Below, piece after piece: positions 7,705 through 16,521 of a stretch of 27,953 bases of DNA (positions are counted from its first letter, which is position 1; every line of letters starts with the position of its first letter). The stretch comes from Myxococcales bacterium (lineage in GTDB: Bacteria > Myxococcota > Myxococcia > Myxococcales > Anaeromyxobacteraceae): NCBI GenBank assembly GCA_038320275.1, contig JBBQEB010000033.1, positions 1-27,953 on the forward strand. Reading direction: 5' to 3'. The translations under genes and the position numbers were made by a program. The notes beneath the pieces are model-generated. The model saw only the letters and a program-made list of their open reading frames with translations, had not been told where the DNA came from and searched no databases.

Positions 7705-8262
7705 ATGGCGGACGAGGAGAGCGACAAGAAGGCGAAGCCCGAGGCGGCGGCCGCACCGGCTGCGGCTGGGGCGGGGAAGAACAAGCTGCTCCTCCCTCTC
7801 CTGGGGGTGAACAGCCTCATGCTGGTGGCCGTGCTCGCGGCGCTCCTCGTGCGGCCCGCCTCGAAGGCGGAGCCTGCGGGCGAGAAGGGTGAAGCCCACG
7901 GCGGTCACGCCACCGAGAAGAGCAAGGACGTGAAGGGCAAGGACGGCAAGCACGAGCTCCCCGGCCCGACGATGAAGCTGGGCGACTTCGTCGTACACCT
8001 GCGCGACCTCGACACCGACCGGTACGCGCGCATGTCGTTCGAGGTGGAGTTCGCCGACGAGCACGCGAAGGAGGCGGTGACCGGCCGCATGCCGCGCATC
8101 CGCGACGTCTTCCTCGCCTACCTTGCCGACCGGAGCGCCGAAGACCTCAAGGGCAGCGAGGGGCTCACCAAGGTGAAGGGCGCACTGGCCGAGCGTCTGG
8201 GCGAGATCGTCCCGGGCGGCTCCGTCCGGGCGCTGTACCTCACCGAGATGGTGGTCCAGTAA
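7705..8262 (+). CDS. fliL: Flagellar basal body-associated protein FliL
   Basis: Charged N-terminus, single TM helix, then LGDFVVHL..RYARMSFEVE..MPRIRDVFLAYL..DLKGSEGL..LYLTEMVVQ; precedes fliM. Confidence 0.92.
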   Translation: MADEESDKKAKPEAAAAPAAAGAGKNKLLLPLLGVNSLMLVAVLAALLVRPASKAEPAGEKGEAHGGHATEKSKDVKGKDGKHELPGPTMKLGDFVVHLRDLDTDRYARMSFEVEFADEHAKEAVTGRMPRIRDVFLAYLADRSAEDLKGSEGLTKVKGALAERLGEIVPGGSVRALYLTEMVVQ

Positions 8263-8267
8263 GCGCC

Positions 8268-9293
8268 ATGCCGGCTACCCTTTCACCCGAGGAAGTCAAG
8301 GCGCTGATGAGCGCCATCCAGGACGGGAAGGTTCCGTCCGAAGGTGGTGGCCGCGGCGGTCGCGGTCCGGTCGCCAACTACGACCTGACCAGCCAGGACC
8401 GCATCATCCGCGGCCAGATGCCGACGCTGGACGCCATCAACGAGGGCGTCGCGACGCAGCTCGGCATCGGCCTCACCGGCCGCACCCGAATGCCCATCCG
8501 CGTGGGCGCGACGGCCTCGACGCTCCTCAAGTTCGCCGACCTTTCCCCCCTCCTGGCCGCCCCGGCCTCGGTGTGCGTGCTGGGCCTGGGGCCGGGCTTC
8601 GGTTTCGGGCTGGCCGTGCTGGAGACCGGATTGGCGGAGGCCCTCCTCGCCGCGGCGCTCGGCGACCGGCGCTCTCGCGCGGGCGCGGACGCCGTCAGCG
8701 AGGCGCACCGCGAGTTCACGGTGGTCGAGCAGCTCGTGCTCCGCCGGCTGCTGGTGGTCCTCACCGACGCCATCGCCGTGTCCTGGCGCCCCGTCCTACC
8801 CTTCCAGCCGGAGGCCCTGCGCTTCGAGCTCGACCCCCGCATGGCGACCATCGCGCCGCCCTCCGACGTGGGCATCGTCTCGGTCTTCGAGATCACCGGG
8901 GGCATCGAGGGGCGGCTGCAGCTCGTCATCCCCTACGCCGCCGTCGAGCCCGCCAAGGACCAGCTCTGCTCGCCGCGGCAGCTCTCCCAGGTGAGCGACA
9001 ACCGCGCCCGCCGCCAGCTCGAGCGCGAGCTGGCACAGGTCAAGGTGGACGTCCGCGGCCTGCTCGGCCACACCCGGATCACGCTCTCCCGGCTGCTGGA
9101 GCTCGAGCCGGGCGAGGTCCTGCTGCTCGACCGCGACGAGTCCGCCCCGCTGCCCATCTCGGTCCAGGGGCGCGTGAAGCTCTTCGGCACCCCCAGCGTC
9201 TCCGGCGGCGCCATGGCCCTGAAGGTCGAGGGGGCCGTCACCGCAACCCTTCCCCGCAACGCGAGCATCGCTCGCAACGAGGCCTCCCGATGA
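8268..9293 (+). CDS. fliM: Flagellar motor switch protein FliM
   Basis: N-terminal CheY-binding peptide LSPEEVKALM; YDLTSQDRIIRGQMPTLDAINE; C-terminal SpoA-like domain. Confidence 0.92.
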   Translation: MPATLSPEEVKALMSAIQDGKVPSEGGGRGGRGPVANYDLTSQDRIIRGQMPTLDAINEGVATQLGIGLTGRTRMPIRVGATASTLLKFADLSPLLAAPASVCVLGLGPGFGFGLAVLETGLAEALLAAALGDRRSRAGADAVSEAHREFTVVEQLVLRRLLVVLTDAIAVSWRPVLPFQPEALRFELDPRMATIAPPSDVGIVSVFEITGGIEGRLQLVIPYAAVEPAKDQLCSPRQLSQVSDNRARRQLERELAQVKVDVRGLLGHTRITLSRLLELEPGEVLLLDRDESAPLPISVQGRVKLFGTPSVSGGAMALKVEGAVTATLPRNASIARNEASR

Positions 9294-9580
9294 GCGCTCT
9301 GCAAGTTGGCGAGGACTCCTCCCGCCGCATCGACATGCTGCTCGACGTGCCGCTCGACGTCTCGGTCGAGCTCGGCCGCTGCCGCATGACCATCCAGGAC
9401 CTGCTGGCCCTCGGTCCGGGTTCGATCATCGAGCTCGACAAGGTGGCCGGCGAGCCGCTCGACATCCTCATCAACGACCGGCTGGTGGCCCGCGGTGAGG
9501 CGGTGGTGGTGAACGACAAGTTCGGGATCCGCATCACCGACATCGTGAGCCCGCAGGAACGCATCGCGCGGCTGCGGTAG
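9290..9580 (+). CDS. fliN: Flagellar motor switch protein FliN
   Basis: MLLDVPLDVSVELGR..GSIIELDKVAGEPLDILINDRLVARGEAVVVNDKFGIRITDI; ATGA overlap with fliM stop. Confidence 0.96.
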   Translation: MSALQVGEDSSRRIDMLLDVPLDVSVELGRCRMTIQDLLALGPGSIIELDKVAGEPLDILINDRLVARGEAVVVNDKFGIRITDIVSPQERIARLR

Positions 9581-9594
9581 CGAAGGAGAGCGCG

Positions 9595-10257
9595 ATGGCG
9601 AACACGACCTCGACTCCGAACGCGACCCCGACCTCGACTGCGACTGCCACTTCGAACCCGACCTCGACCCTGACCTCGACCTCGACCTCGACCCCGACCT
9701 CGACCCCGAACCTGACCTCGAGCTCGACCGCGACCCCGAACCTGACCTCGAGCTCCTCCCCCTTCGCCACCCTGGAGGCTCACACCGGCGCACCCCTTGC
9801 CCCCGCCTCCTCCTCCTTCCTCGGCCCGGTCACGGGAGCCCTCTTCCTCGCCGCCATCGCCGTGGCAGCCTTCGTCCTGTCCCGGCGCCGACGCGGCCTG
9901 CCGCGCCTCGTCGAGATCATCGAGACCGCCAGCCTCGGTCCCAAGCGCTCCCTGGTGGTGGCGAGGCTCGGCGACGAGCTGCTCGTGCTGGGAAGCTCGG
10001 AGGGCGGCATCGCGCTGCTGCAGACCCGCCCCGCGCCGCCGCGCGCCGCTGCCGCCCCAGCTCCGGCCGCCGCTCCGGCGCAGCCCGCCGCGCCGGCCCC
10101 GCCCTTCCACGAGGCCTTCGCCGCGACCCTGCGCGCGAAGCTCCGCGGTCACGCCGCCCCGCCGCAGGGTGGCTTCGATGCGCTCCTCTCCGAGCGCCTG
10201 GAAGACGCCGAGCTGCGCCGCAAGCTGGCCTCCGGGTACGCGGGGAGCGTCCGATGA
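9595..10257 (+). CDS. fliO: Flagellar biosynthesis protein FliO with Thr/Ser-rich N-terminal tail
   Basis: TM helix followed by RRRR, then IIETASLGPKRSLVVARLGDELLVLGSSEGGIALL; lies between fliN and fliP; AGGAG RBS. Confidence 0.85.
   Translation: MANTTSTPNATPTSTATATSNPTSTLTSTSTSTPTSTPNLTSSSTATPNLTSSSSPFATLEAHTGAPLAPASSSFLGPVTGALFLAAIAVAAFVLSRRRRGLPRLVEIIETASLGPKRSLVVARLGDELLVLGSSEGGIALLQTRPAPPRAAAAPAPAAAPAQPAAPAPPFHEAFAATLRAKLRGHAAPPQGGFDALLSERLEDAELRRKLASGYAGSVR
9598..9757 (+). repeat. TCGACC-family hexamer repeat encoding the FliO T/S/P tail
   Basis: acctcgaccctgacctcgacctcgacctcgaccccgacctcg...; 25-bp perfect direct repeat CGACCCCGAACCTGACCTCGAGCTC at 9701 and 9731. Confidence 0.85.
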
Positions 10258-10952
10258 GCCCTGCCGCCGCCGCGCTTCGGCTCGCCCTCGCCGCCCCCGA
10301 CCCGGGGATCTCGCTCAGCGTGGGCGGCGGAGGCTCCGCCCCGGTCAAGCTCTTCCTCCTCTTCACCGCCCTCTCCTTCGCGAGCGCGCTGGTGGTCTCG
10401 CTCACCTCCTTCACGCGCATCGTGATCGTGCTCTCCTTCCTGCGCCAGGCGCTGGGCACGCCGCAGCTCCCGCCCAACCAGGTGATCATCGGGCTCGCGC
10501 TGGTGCTCTCCTCCTTCGTCATGGCCCCCACTGCCAACCGGGTCTGGAACGAGGGGCTCGGCCCCTACCTCGACGAGAAGGTGCAGCCCGCCGCCGCCAT
10601 GGACCGCGCCAGCGCGCCCGTGCGCGACTTCATGCTGAAGCAGACGCGCGAGGTGGACCTGCAGCTCTTCTACGAGATCTCCGGCCGCGCGCGGCCACTG
10701 AAGGGCGAGGAGATCCCGATGACGGTGGCCATGCCCGCCTTCATGGTTTCGGAGCTCACCACCGCCTTTCGCATGGGGCTCTTCCTGTACGTGCCGCTCC
10801 TCCTCGTGGACCTGCTGGTGGCGGCAATGCTCATGTCGATGGGCATGATGATGGTGCCTCCCACCCTCATCGCGCTGCCGCTCAAGATCGGCGTGTTCCT
10901 CATGGCGGACGGCTGGCGGCTGGTGGTCGCGAGCCTGGCGCGGAGCTTTTAA
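10254..10952 (+). CDS. fliP: Flagellar export gate protein FliP
   Basis: TSFTRIVIVLSFLRQALGTPQLPPNQV; PAFMVSELTTAF; MGMMMVPP; DGW. Confidence 0.97.
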   Translation: MSPAAAALRLALAAPDPGISLSVGGGGSAPVKLFLLFTALSFASALVVSLTSFTRIVIVLSFLRQALGTPQLPPNQVIIGLALVLSSFVMAPTANRVWNEGLGPYLDEKVQPAAAMDRASAPVRDFMLKQTREVDLQLFYEISGRARPLKGEEIPMTVAMPAFMVSELTTAFRMGLFLYVPLLLVDLLVAAMLMSMGMMMVPPTLIALPLKIGVFLMADGWRLVVASLARSF

Positions 10953-11130
10953 GTGCCTCGACCCAGGCATAGCGCCTCCTGCGAGCGCCGATCCTCTCGC
11001 TGCGTCAGGCGGCCTCGTCGCTCCGCTGCTCGCCGTAGCGCTGCTACGACTCCGCTGCTCACTCCTCGGGCGCCAGCCTCGCTTCGGTCTCGTCGCTCTC
11101 GTCACGTCACCATGCCTGGGTCGAGGCACT
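10952..11130. mobile_element. MITE-like non-autonomous element with 19-bp perfect terminal inverted repeats
   Basis: AGTGCCTCGACCCAGGCAT (10952-10970) and ATGCCTGGGTCGAGGCACT (11112-11130); TA-containing junctions on both sides (TAA-GTGCC...GGCAC-TAG); central hairpin CGTAGC-GCT-GCTACG; too short to encode a transposase. Confidence 0.75.
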
Positions 11131-11132
11131 AG

Positions 11133-11396
11133 ATGCCGCTCGAGCTCCCCGGCTCCCTGCTCCGCGAGGGCCTCAGCATGCTGGCCTACGTCGGTGCCCC
11201 GCTCTTCGCGGTCGCGCTCGCCGTCGGCCTCACGGTCGGCATCTTCCAGGCGGCCACCCAGATCAACGATCCCGCCACCGGCTTCCTGCCGCGCGCGGCC
11301 GCCGCCATCCTCGTCTGCTGGGCGGCAGGACCGTGGATGGCCGAGCGGCTGGCGCGCTTCCTGGCCCTCGCCATCGGCCGCATGTCGGGTCACTGA
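11133..11396 (+). CDS. fliQ: Flagellar export protein FliQ
   Basis: VGLTVGIFQAATQINDPATGFLPR; GPWM; 87 aa. Confidence 0.93.
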   Translation: MPLELPGSLLREGLSMLAYVGAPLFAVALAVGLTVGIFQAATQINDPATGFLPRAAAAILVCWAAGPWMAERLARFLALAIGRMSGH

Positions 11397-11408
11397 GGCC
11401 GCCGGCAC

Positions 11409-12152
11409 GTGACCTTCCCCGCCGCGAGCGCCTGGGCCCTGGGGCTCCTCCTCACCCGGACCGCGGGGCTCTTCCTGGCCGCGCCGGTGGTCTCCGCGCG
11501 CGTGGTGCCGGCGCGGGTTCGCCTCGGCCTGGCGGTGCTGGTCGCGTGGACGGCCTACGCCGGGGCAGGGGCGCCCGCCGCCGCTCTGCCGGAAGGGCTG
11601 GGGAGCTTCGGCCTCGCCATCGCCTCCGAGACCGCGCTGGGCCTCCTGGCCGGCCTCTCCGCGCGCTTCGTGCTCCAGGCGGCGCTCGCCGCCGGCCAGC
11701 TCGCCAGCCTCTCGATGGGGCTCGGCTTCGGGGCCATCATCGACCCGTCCAGCGGCGCCGAGTCGAACGCCCTCGGTGAGCTCGTCTACACCGCCGCCCA
11801 GGCGGGCGCGGTGGCGCTCGGGATCCACCGCGAGGCCATCGGCTGGCTGGCGCGCTCCGCCCTCGCGTTTCCGCCCGGGGCCGCGCTCACGCTCCGGGAT
11901 CGGGCGGTGGAGGTGGTGTGGCAGGCCACGGGCGCGGCCGCGCTGGGCGCCCGCCTCGCCTTCCCGGTGATGTCGGCGGTGCTCGTCGGCCAGGTGGTCA
12001 TGGCTGTGCTGGGGCGCACCGCCCAGCAGCTCAACCTCTCCACCATCGGCTTCTCGGTCGCGATCCTCGCGGGCGGAGGCTCCCTCTACCTCGTGGCCCC
12101 AGCGGCTGCGGAGCTCGCCGCGCGCGCCGCAGTCGCCGCGCTGGCGAGGTGA
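11409..12152 (+). CDS. fliR: Flagellar export protein FliR
   Basis: Hydrophobic; VPARVR; AGQLASLSMGLGFGAIIDP; GRTAQQLNLSTIGF. Confidence 0.92.
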   Translation: MTFPAASAWALGLLLTRTAGLFLAAPVVSARVVPARVRLGLAVLVAWTAYAGAGAPAAALPEGLGSFGLAIASETALGLLAGLSARFVLQAALAAGQLASLSMGLGFGAIIDPSSGAESNALGELVYTAAQAGAVALGIHREAIGWLARSALAFPPGAALTLRDRAVEVVWQATGAAALGARLAFPVMSAVLVGQVVMAVLGRTAQQLNLSTIGFSVAILAGGGSLYLVAPAAAELAARAAVAALAR

Positions 12153-12164
12153 TCGGGCCGCCCC

Positions 12165-13226
12165 GTGGCCGAGGACGAGGACGGCAAGACAGAGCAGAGC
12201 GCGAAACGGCTCGCCAGGGCGCTGGAGGACGGGCAGCTTCCCCTCGGCCGCGACCTGCCGCTGGTGGCCGGCCTGGGCGCCTCTCTGGCGGCGCTGCTCT
12301 CGCTCGCGGGCCCGCTCCGCAGCGGCCTGGTCAAGGTCGTGGAGCAGGCCATGAGCTCCATGGCCACGACCCCCTTCAGCTCCTTGGGAAGCCTGGTGGT
12401 CCGTCCCGCCCTGGCCGCCGCCGCCGTGTGCGCCGCGGGAGGAGCGGCGAGCGTGCTCGTCACGCTGGTGCAGACGAAGGGGCGGATGTGGCCCGAGCGC
12501 GCAGCTCCGGACCTGTCCAGGGTGTTCGACCCCTCCCGACTCACACGCCTGTTCTCCAAGGAGATTCTGACGGACCTGGGCGTCGCCACCGCCAAGCTGG
12601 TGGCGGTGGCATGGGCCGCCTGGAACGGCGTGCGCGGCGACTTCCTGACGCTGCAAGGACTGCTGGGAGCTGCGCCCGGAGAGCAGCTCGCCCGGACCTT
12701 CGCGATCCTGCTGCGCGCAGGCTGGCGGATGCTGCTCGTCACCGCCGTGATCGCGGGCGTGGACCTTGCACTCATCCGGACCAGGTTCATGAAAAAGATG
12801 CGAGTCACCAAGGCGGAGGCGAAGCGCGAGTCGCGCGAGGAGGACGGCGATCCCCTCCTCCGCGGCAAGCGCAAGCAGCGCCATCGCGAGCTCGCCCGCG
12901 GCCGCGCCAAGATCGAGGTGCCCCGCGCCGACGCGCTGCTGGTGAACCCCACCCACATCGCCATCGCGCTCCGCTACCGCAAGGAGGAGGGCCGCGCCCC
13001 CCGCGTGATGGCCAAGGGCAAGGGTGCGCTGGCCGAGTACATGCGCGACCTGGCGCGCGAGAATGGCATTCCCATCGTCGAGGACATCCCGCTCGCGCGC
13101 CTCCTCCACCGCAAGGTGAAGGTCGGCCGCGAGGTGCCCCCGCAGACGTACAAGGCGGTGGCGGCCGTCCTCGCCTTCGTCTACCGCGTCACCGGCCGCG
13201 GGCCGGGCGCCGGGATGGCCGCGTGA
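12165..13226 (+). CDS. flhB: Flagellar export protein FlhB
   Basis: N-terminal KTEQ; KRESREEDGDP; NPTH autocleavage motif; IPIVEDIPLAR. Confidence 0.95.
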   Translation: MAEDEDGKTEQSAKRLARALEDGQLPLGRDLPLVAGLGASLAALLSLAGPLRSGLVKVVEQAMSSMATTPFSSLGSLVVRPALAAAAVCAAGGAASVLVTLVQTKGRMWPERAAPDLSRVFDPSRLTRLFSKEILTDLGVATAKLVAVAWAAWNGVRGDFLTLQGLLGAAPGEQLARTFAILLRAGWRMLLVTAVIAGVDLALIRTRFMKKMRVTKAEAKRESREEDGDPLLRGKRKQRHRELARGRAKIEVPRADALLVNPTHIAIALRYRKEEGRAPRVMAKGKGALAEYMRDLARENGIPIVEDIPLARLLHRKVKVGREVPPQTYKAVAAVLAFVYRVTGRGPGAGMAA

Positions 13227-15325
13227 GCGCCGCACCCTCCCCCGCCGCCGCCGCCGGACGCGCGGAGACGATGCTCGCCGCCGCCGTCCTCGGCGTCGTC
13301 GTCATCCTGATCGTACCGGTGCCCGCTCCGGCGCTGGACGTGCTGCTGGCCCTCTCGGTGGGGCTCTCGCTCGTCATGCTCTTCACCGCGCTCGGGCTCA
13401 CCCGCGCGCTCGACTTCTCCGTCTTCCCCTCCCTCCTCCTCATCACCACGCTCTTCCGGCTCGCGCTCAACGTCGCCACCACCCGCCTCATCCTGCTTCA
13501 CGGAGGCGAGGGCACCGGCGCGGCCGGCCACCTCATCGAGGCTTTCGGCCGCTTCGCGGTGGGCGGCAGCCTGGTGGTCGGGCTCGTCATCTTCCTCATC
13601 CTCCTGGTGGTGAACTTCTCGGTCATCACCAAGGGCGCCAACCGCGTCTCCGAGGTGGCCGCGCGCTTCACCCTCGACGCGATGCCCGGAAAGCAGATGT
13701 CGATCGACGCCGACCTCGCCGCGGGCATCATCGACGACCGCGAGGCCAAGACGCGCCGGAGCAACCTCGAGCACGAGGCCGAGTTCTTCGGCGCCATGGA
13801 CGGCGCCAGCAAGTTCGTGCGCGGCGACGCGGTCGCCGGCCTCGCCATCACCGCCATCAACATCGTGGGCGGGCTGGTGGCCGGACTGCTCCGCGATCAC
13901 ATCTCGCTCGCCCAGGCCGCCGAGACCTACACGCTGCTCACCGTGGGCGACGGCCTGGTGGCCCAGCTTCCGGCGCTGCTCGTCTCGACCAGCGCCGGCC
14001 TCGTCGTCACCCGCGCCGCGGGCGACCACCTCGGCACGCAGATGGGCATCCAGATCTTCGGCCGGCCCCGGGTACTCTCCACCGCCGCCGCCGTGCTGGG
14101 CGCGCTCGGCCTGTTGCCCGGCATGCCCCTCCTGGCGTTCTGGGGCGTGGGCGGGGGGCTGTGGATCCTCTCCCGCCGCGCCGCCACCGCCGCCCGCGAC
14201 GCCGCCGCCGTGAAGCCCAAGGCCAGCGCAGACGCGGCCGCCAAGGGGCCGGAGCGCGTGCAGGACCTGCTCGCCATGGAGACGCTGGAGCTGGAGGTGG
14301 GGTTCGGGCTCCTCCCGCTCATCGACCTCGCCAAGGGCGCGGAGCTGCCAGGGCGCGTCACCGCTCTGCGCCGCCAGCTCGCGTCCGACCTCGGCATCGT
14401 GCTGCCCTCGGTGCACCTGCGCGACAACCTCCGGCTCGACGCCAACGCCTACCGCGTCCTCCTGCGCGGTCTCGAGATCGGGAAAGGGGTGGCCCACCCC
14501 GACCGGCTCATGGCGCTCGACCCTGCCGGCGGCGCGCCGGGCATCGACGGCCTGCGCGGCCAGGACCCTGCCTTCGGCCTGCCGGCGGTGTGGGTGCTCC
14601 CGGCCGACCGCGCCCGCGCCGAGGCCGCCGGCCTCACGCTGGTGGACCCGCCGTCCGTCGTCACCACCCACCTCGCCGAGCTCCTGCGCCGCAACGCGCA
14701 CGAGCTGCTGGGCCGGCAGGAGGCGCAGGAGCTGCTCGGCATCCTCGGCAAGGACGCGCCCAAGCTGGTGGAGGACGTCGTCCCGGGGACGGTCGCGCTG
14801 GGCGATCTGGTGCGGGTGCTGCGCGGCCTGCTCCGCGAGAGCGTCTCCATCCGCGACCTGCGCAGCATCCTGGAGGCGGTCGCCGACGCGGCGCCCCGCT
14901 CCAAGGAGACGCACTGGCTGGTGGAGCAGGCGCGCCGCCGCCTGGCGCGGCAGATCACCGCCCGGGTGGCCGGCCCGGACGGCGTGGTGAAGGCCCTCAC
15001 CCTCGACCGCGCCACCGAGGACGCGCTGCGCGGCAGCCTGGGCGCCTCCGACGGCGAGGCCGCCCTCGCCCCCGACGTGGAGACCGCCCGCCGCCTCATC
15101 TCGGCGCTGGAGCTCCACGCCTCTGGCCTCGCCACCGCCGGCCTGCCGGTGGTGGTCCTGGCGCCGCCCGATCTGCGCCGCCCTCTCTTCGACTTCGGCT
15201 CGCGCTTCGTCCCCGACCTCTGGGTGGTGGCGGCGCGTGAGCTCGTGCCCGGCACCTCCGTCGAGCCCGCCGGCGTCCTCCAGGCCGTCCCCGCCCACCC
15301 GCAGCTCGAGAGCGCAGCAGCCTGA
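13223..15325 (+). CDS. flhA: Flagellar export protein FlhA
   Basis: FPSLLLITTLFRLALNVATTR; EVAARFTLDAMPGKQMSIDADL; FFGAMDGASKFVRGDA; start at GTG 13223 overlapping flhB stop (alternative ATG 13271). Confidence 0.96.
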   Translation: MSAAPSPAAAAGRAETMLAAAVLGVVVILIVPVPAPALDVLLALSVGLSLVMLFTALGLTRALDFSVFPSLLLITTLFRLALNVATTRLILLHGGEGTGAAGHLIEAFGRFAVGGSLVVGLVIFLILLVVNFSVITKGANRVSEVAARFTLDAMPGKQMSIDADLAAGIIDDREAKTRRSNLEHEAEFFGAMDGASKFVRGDAVAGLAITAINIVGGLVAGLLRDHISLAQAAETYTLLTVGDGLVAQLPALLVSTSAGLVVTRAAGDHLGTQMGIQIFGRPRVLSTAAAVLGALGLLPGMPLLAFWGVGGGLWILSRRAATAARDAAAVKPKASADAAAKGPERVQDLLAMETLELEVGFGLLPLIDLAKGAELPGRVTALRRQLASDLGIVLPSVHLRDNLRLDANAYRVLLRGLEIGKGVAHPDRLMALDPAGGAPGIDGLRGQDPAFGLPAVWVLPADRARAEAAGLTLVDPPSVVTTHLAELLRRNAHELLGRQEAQELLGILGKDAPKLVEDVVPGTVALGDLVRVLRGLLRESVSIRDLRSILEAVADAAPRSKETHWLVEQARRRLARQITARVAGPDGVVKALTLDRATEDALRGSLGASDGEAALAPDVETARRLISALELHASGLATAGLPVVVLAPPDLRRPLFDFGSRFVPDLWVVAARELVPGTSVEPAGVLQAVPAHPQLESAAA

Positions 15326-15336
15326 CCGAGCCTTCC

Positions 15337-16521
15337 ATGAGCGCCACCGTCCGAACCTTTCGCGCCGCCGATTCCGCCTCCGCCCTCGCCGCCGTCAAGG
15401 CCGCCCTGGGGCCGGAAGCCATCCTCATCTCCACCCGCACCGTGCAGGGCAGCCTGTTCCGGCGCCCCGAGGTGGAGGTCACCGCCGCCGCGGGAAGCCT
15501 GCTGGAAGGTTCCGCCCCGGCGACCGCGCCCCTCCGCGCAGCCGCGCGCAGCCGCGCCTACGACGAGCCGCGCCGGGAGGACGAGGTGCAGCGCCCCGAG
15601 CGCAGGGGCGCCTCCCGCCGCGCCGAGGACGACGCGCTCGCCGCCGAGGTCCAGCTCCTGCGCCGCTCGGTCGAGGAGACCCGACGCGCGCTGGCAGCGG
15701 TGACCGGCGAGGCCCGCTCCGGCCGCGACCTGCAGCTTCCACCTGCCGCCGCAGCGCTCCACGCGCGGCTGGCGGCCCGCGGCGCCGAGCCGGTGCTGGC
15801 GGAGGAGCTGGTGCGCCAGGCGCTCCACATCGCCGCCGGATCGCGCGAGGGCGGCCTGGAGGGCGCCGTCCGCGACCTCCTGGGTGAGCGGCTGGTGCCC
15901 TGCCGCGCGCCCTGGTTGCACGAGGCGCATCAGGTGGTGGCGCTCGTCGGCCCCACCGGCGTGGGCAAGACCACCACCCTCGCCAAGATCGCCGCCCGCG
16001 CCATCCTCGACGCGAAGAAGCGGGTGGCGCTCCTCACCGTCGACACCTACCGCATCGGCGCCTGCGACCAGCTCTCGCGGTACGGGGAGATCATGAACGT
16101 GCCGGTGCTCGTCGCCCGGGACCGGACGGAGCTCCTCGCGGCCTATGCGCGGGTGAAGGACGCGGACCTCGTGCTGGTGGACACCGCCGGCCGCTCCTCC
16201 CCCGAGGACGTGGCGAGACAGGCGGCGCTGGTGCGCTCCATCCCCAAGGTGCAGCTCCAGCTCGTGATCTCGGCCGCAACCGGCGCGCTCGAGATCTCCG
16301 CGGTGGCCGAGCGCTACCGGACGCTGCAGCCCGACCGGCTCGTCTTCTCCAAGCTCGACGAGGCCGCCGGTCCGGCCGCCGTGCTCTCCGCGGCGGTGCG
16401 AGTGGGCCGCCCGGTGAGCTGCGTCGCCGACGGGCAGCGCGTGCCGGAGGACCTGCACGCGCTCTCCGGGGCCGAGCTCGTCGATCTCGTGCTCCCCCGC
16501 CAGCCTTCGGGGAGGGAGTGA
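15337..16521 (+). CDS. flhF: SRP-family GTPase FlhF
   Basis: GPTGVGKTTTLAK, DTYRIGA, DTAGRS, SKLDE, GQRVPEDL. Confidence 0.95.
   Translation: MSATVRTFRAADSASALAAVKAALGPEAILISTRTVQGSLFRRPEVEVTAAAGSLLEGSAPATAPLRAAARSRAYDEPRREDEVQRPERRGASRRAEDDALAAEVQLLRRSVEETRRALAAVTGEARSGRDLQLPPAAAALHARLAARGAEPVLAEELVRQALHIAAGSREGGLEGAVRDLLGERLVPCRAPWLHEAHQVVALVGPTGVGKTTTLAKIAARAILDAKKRVALLTVDTYRIGACDQLSRYGEIMNVPVLVARDRTELLAAYARVKDADLVLVDTAGRSSPEDVARQAALVRSIPKVQLQLVISAATGALEISAVAERYRTLQPDRLVFSKLDEAAGPAAVLSAAVRVGRPVSCVADGQRVPEDLHALSGAELVDLVLPRQPSGRE

Noticed and set aside
11918..13222. Apparent 1135-aa FlhA (similar extensions for fliN 8573, flgI 22967, flgF 20551, cheX 4651, fliL 7660)
   Set aside because: The extensions overlap other genes or promoters and are Arg/Pro-rich off-frame sequence; not true fusions
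8268..15325. Non-flagellar type III secretion system (injectisome)
   Set aside because: Export genes sit with fliL/fliM/flhF/flhG/fliA and with rod, ring and hook-junction genes, so the system is flagellar
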